A stretch of 64,000 bases of DNA, taken from Heterodontus francisci (Eukaryota). Of the stretch, positions 61,859 to 64,000 are shown in pieces (position 1 is the stretch's first letter; every line of letters begins with the position of its first letter). The notes under the pieces were generated by a model, which worked only from the letters and a program-made list of their open reading frames with translations, did no database searches and had not been told where the DNA came from. The DNA lies in assembly GCF_036365525.1 (NCBI RefSeq), contig NC_090371.1:104442649-104506648 (forward strand), read 5' to 3'. Position numbers and translations under genes: made by a program.

Positions 61859-63384
61859 CATCAGAGAAGTTCAGGAGGTTGGTGCTCCACTCTGGTGGCA
61901 AAATGCTCACTAGAGACCCCATATGGGCATCTCAATTAAACCATGGTAGAGGGTTCTGCAGATAATTTTGACAATGTTTCAGGAGTGGTGTCTATATTTG
62001 ATGGAAATCTACCCAAATTTGTTATGTTAGTGTTTGTAACCAATTCCAACTCTTTAAGGGACTGTTTACCAGAGTATCTGGATCCAGACAGAGTGTTGTA
62101 GTGTCAGGTGCAATGACGTAATTGCAAAGTGGTGTTTTTTTTTGCTCTTATTTGCTATGATTCTATGCAAAGGACTTCAGTCCAAAATCTACAAATAATC
62201 TATAACTGAAATCTGGGTTAAATGTTTTATTGTGTGTATGTTTCTTTTTATTATTTTACTGCACATGCAGTACTGGAAAAAAATGACCTTTGAATATTTT
62301 TTGTGAATAATTTACCTCTGTTCCAAAAGGACCGCTGAAAATGTGGAATATATTTTCAAATTACCTTGAGAAATCTGGCTTTTAACCAAGTTTACTACAT
62401 GGGTTCAAGAAACCATTAACTCTGCTGAATTTGAGATTACACCAGGTTGAGCCTGTCATATGTTGCCTTCTAGTTTTTCCTGTGGTGTTTGAGTTGTTAG
62501 CCCCTTAAAGGACTTCAGCTGTTATTGGGTTTGCTGTGGTAAAATATCAAACCTTTTTGATTTTTGTTGTTGCATTAATTTCCTGTCTTTCAGTGCCAAT
62601 CTTAAATTATATGAGATGAAAAAGCATTGTCAGTGTTTTGCTTTGTGCTTGCTATAGAATTCTGCTTCTCAGGTCTGCACTTTCTTCATTTATCCATTTG
62701 TTTATTTACCTGTCTTTTATAAAATATGTGGTGTCTTGATGTCTGTGGTGACTTTTTTTTTATTTTGCTTTCTTGAGGATGCTGAAGAAATTTTTAAAAA
62801 AGGTACTAGAAACACCCAGATACCATTTATTGTCCAATGTGGCTGAACCTCCGGCCTCCCTACTCTCTTTGACAAGGACACCTTGCGATGCGTGGCAGCA
62901 TCTGACTTATTTAGCTGTGAGGTACAACTGCAAATACTCCGGGTCAAATAAAATAACTGTACAAAGTGGGATTCATTATTTTGTTTCATTTAAACAAACT
63001 GAGATACAGAGATGACAAGGAATGAAACTGGAAGAGAGCTGGTGGGGAAGAGGAGTAGGAAAGCAAGGCAATCTGTTGAGGGAGATGCAAAGAATTAGTG
63101 AATGGGAAGTGAGGAGGGACACAGTTACAGGAAGAAAACCATTATTTACATTTTTAAAATTGTACATGTCTAGTGAGGCTCATCAGGGGCTCAAGATTTT
63201 GATTTCATAAATGCCTCTCTCACCTTTTGTAACTTTAAATCTGAGAAGATGTATATGATTATCTCTCAACACCAAAGGCAGTCATTACTGCACCAGACTG
63301 AATTTCACTTTTTTGTGCTGGCAGTCCTGATGGTGTCCCATCAGTTTTCAACCCCTCCTCTCTTCTGAAATTCTTTCCTGACTC

Positions 63385-63690
63385 ATGTGAAAGGATCAAG
63401 AATGAGGGCACAGATTTAAAGTATTTGGTAAGAGAAGCAAAAGTGACATGAGGAAAAGCTTTTTCACGCAGCGAGTGGTTAATGTCTGGATTGCGCTGCC
63501 TGAGAACGTGGTGGAGGCAGGTTCAATTGAAGCATTCAAAAGGGAATTAGTTATATGCAAAGGAAGAATGTGCAGGGTTACGGGGAAAAGGCGGGGAAAT
63601 GGAACTGAGAGAATTGCTCTTTCAGAGCCAGTGCGGACATGATGGGTCAAATGGCCTCCTTCTGTGCTGTAAAGTTTTTGTGATTCTGAG
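63385..63690 (+). mobile_element. CR1 3' fragment
   Basis: MRKSFFTQRVVNVWIALPENVVEAGSIEAFKREL. Confidence 0.85.
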
Positions 63691-63881
63691 ATATGTTGGG
63701 ATGTTGTTCTATGGACGATGGCCTGTTGCTACCTTGTCCAAATAGCTGTTTGTGTAAGAGTTGGTGGAGCAAAATGGGGCAGATTGTCTCTGATGTCCTG
63801 AGCAGGAAAAGGGAGGGGCGGGTGTTGTAACTGAGTCTGATTTTTATCTTCCAGCACCGGCAGCATTTTTCTTATGTTATT

Positions 63882-64000
63882 GAGTCATGAGTCATAGAGA
63901 GATACAGCACCGAAACAGGCCTTTCGGCCCACCAAGTCCGCGCCGACCATCAGCCACCCATTTATACTAATCCTACATTAATCCCATTTTCCCTCTCTCA
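63882..64000 (-). mobile_element. HE1-type SINE 3' end (runs off the window)
   Basis: GATACAGCACCGAAACAGGCCTTTCGGCCC..CCACCCATTTATACTAATCCTACA, matching 19785-19860. Confidence 0.82.

Noticed and set aside
62778-62802. 25-nt microexon DAEEIFKK
   Set aside because: GAG acceptor, weak GTACTA donor and a frame-shifting length give insufficient support.

Overview
Eukaryotic, repeat-dense vertebrate DNA, most likely a cartilaginous fish (shark). This is inferred from HE1-type V-SINEs, SacSINE1/DeuSINE-type SINEs and HER1/CR1 LINEs, recognised from remembered consensus motifs rather than a database search. No host protein-coding gene can be assembled. Nearly all ORFs in the track are sense or antisense fragments of non-LTR retrotransposons: CR1, a second CR1-superfamily LINE ('family B'), RTE and L2. 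The window also has four related solo or partial LTRs, PIF/Harbinger-type DNA elements (one about 3.2 kb with a decayed, intron-containing Myb/SANT gene, plus a MITE sharing its termini) and Penelope-like remnants, one keeping a minimal hammerhead-ribozyme core. Unique DNA looks T/G-skewed on +, which suggests a long + strand intron, and there is a candidate alternative promoter/first exon at about 16.4-16.9 kb. I found no convincing new multi-gene system. The most notable items are retrotransposition and repair footprints: an 85-bp target-site duplication, templated insertions, an in-place inversion of a SINE tail, multi-level nesting and three SINE-LINE tail pairs. Repeat boundaries are approximate (about +/-10-30 bp) unless a TSD or TIR is quoted.
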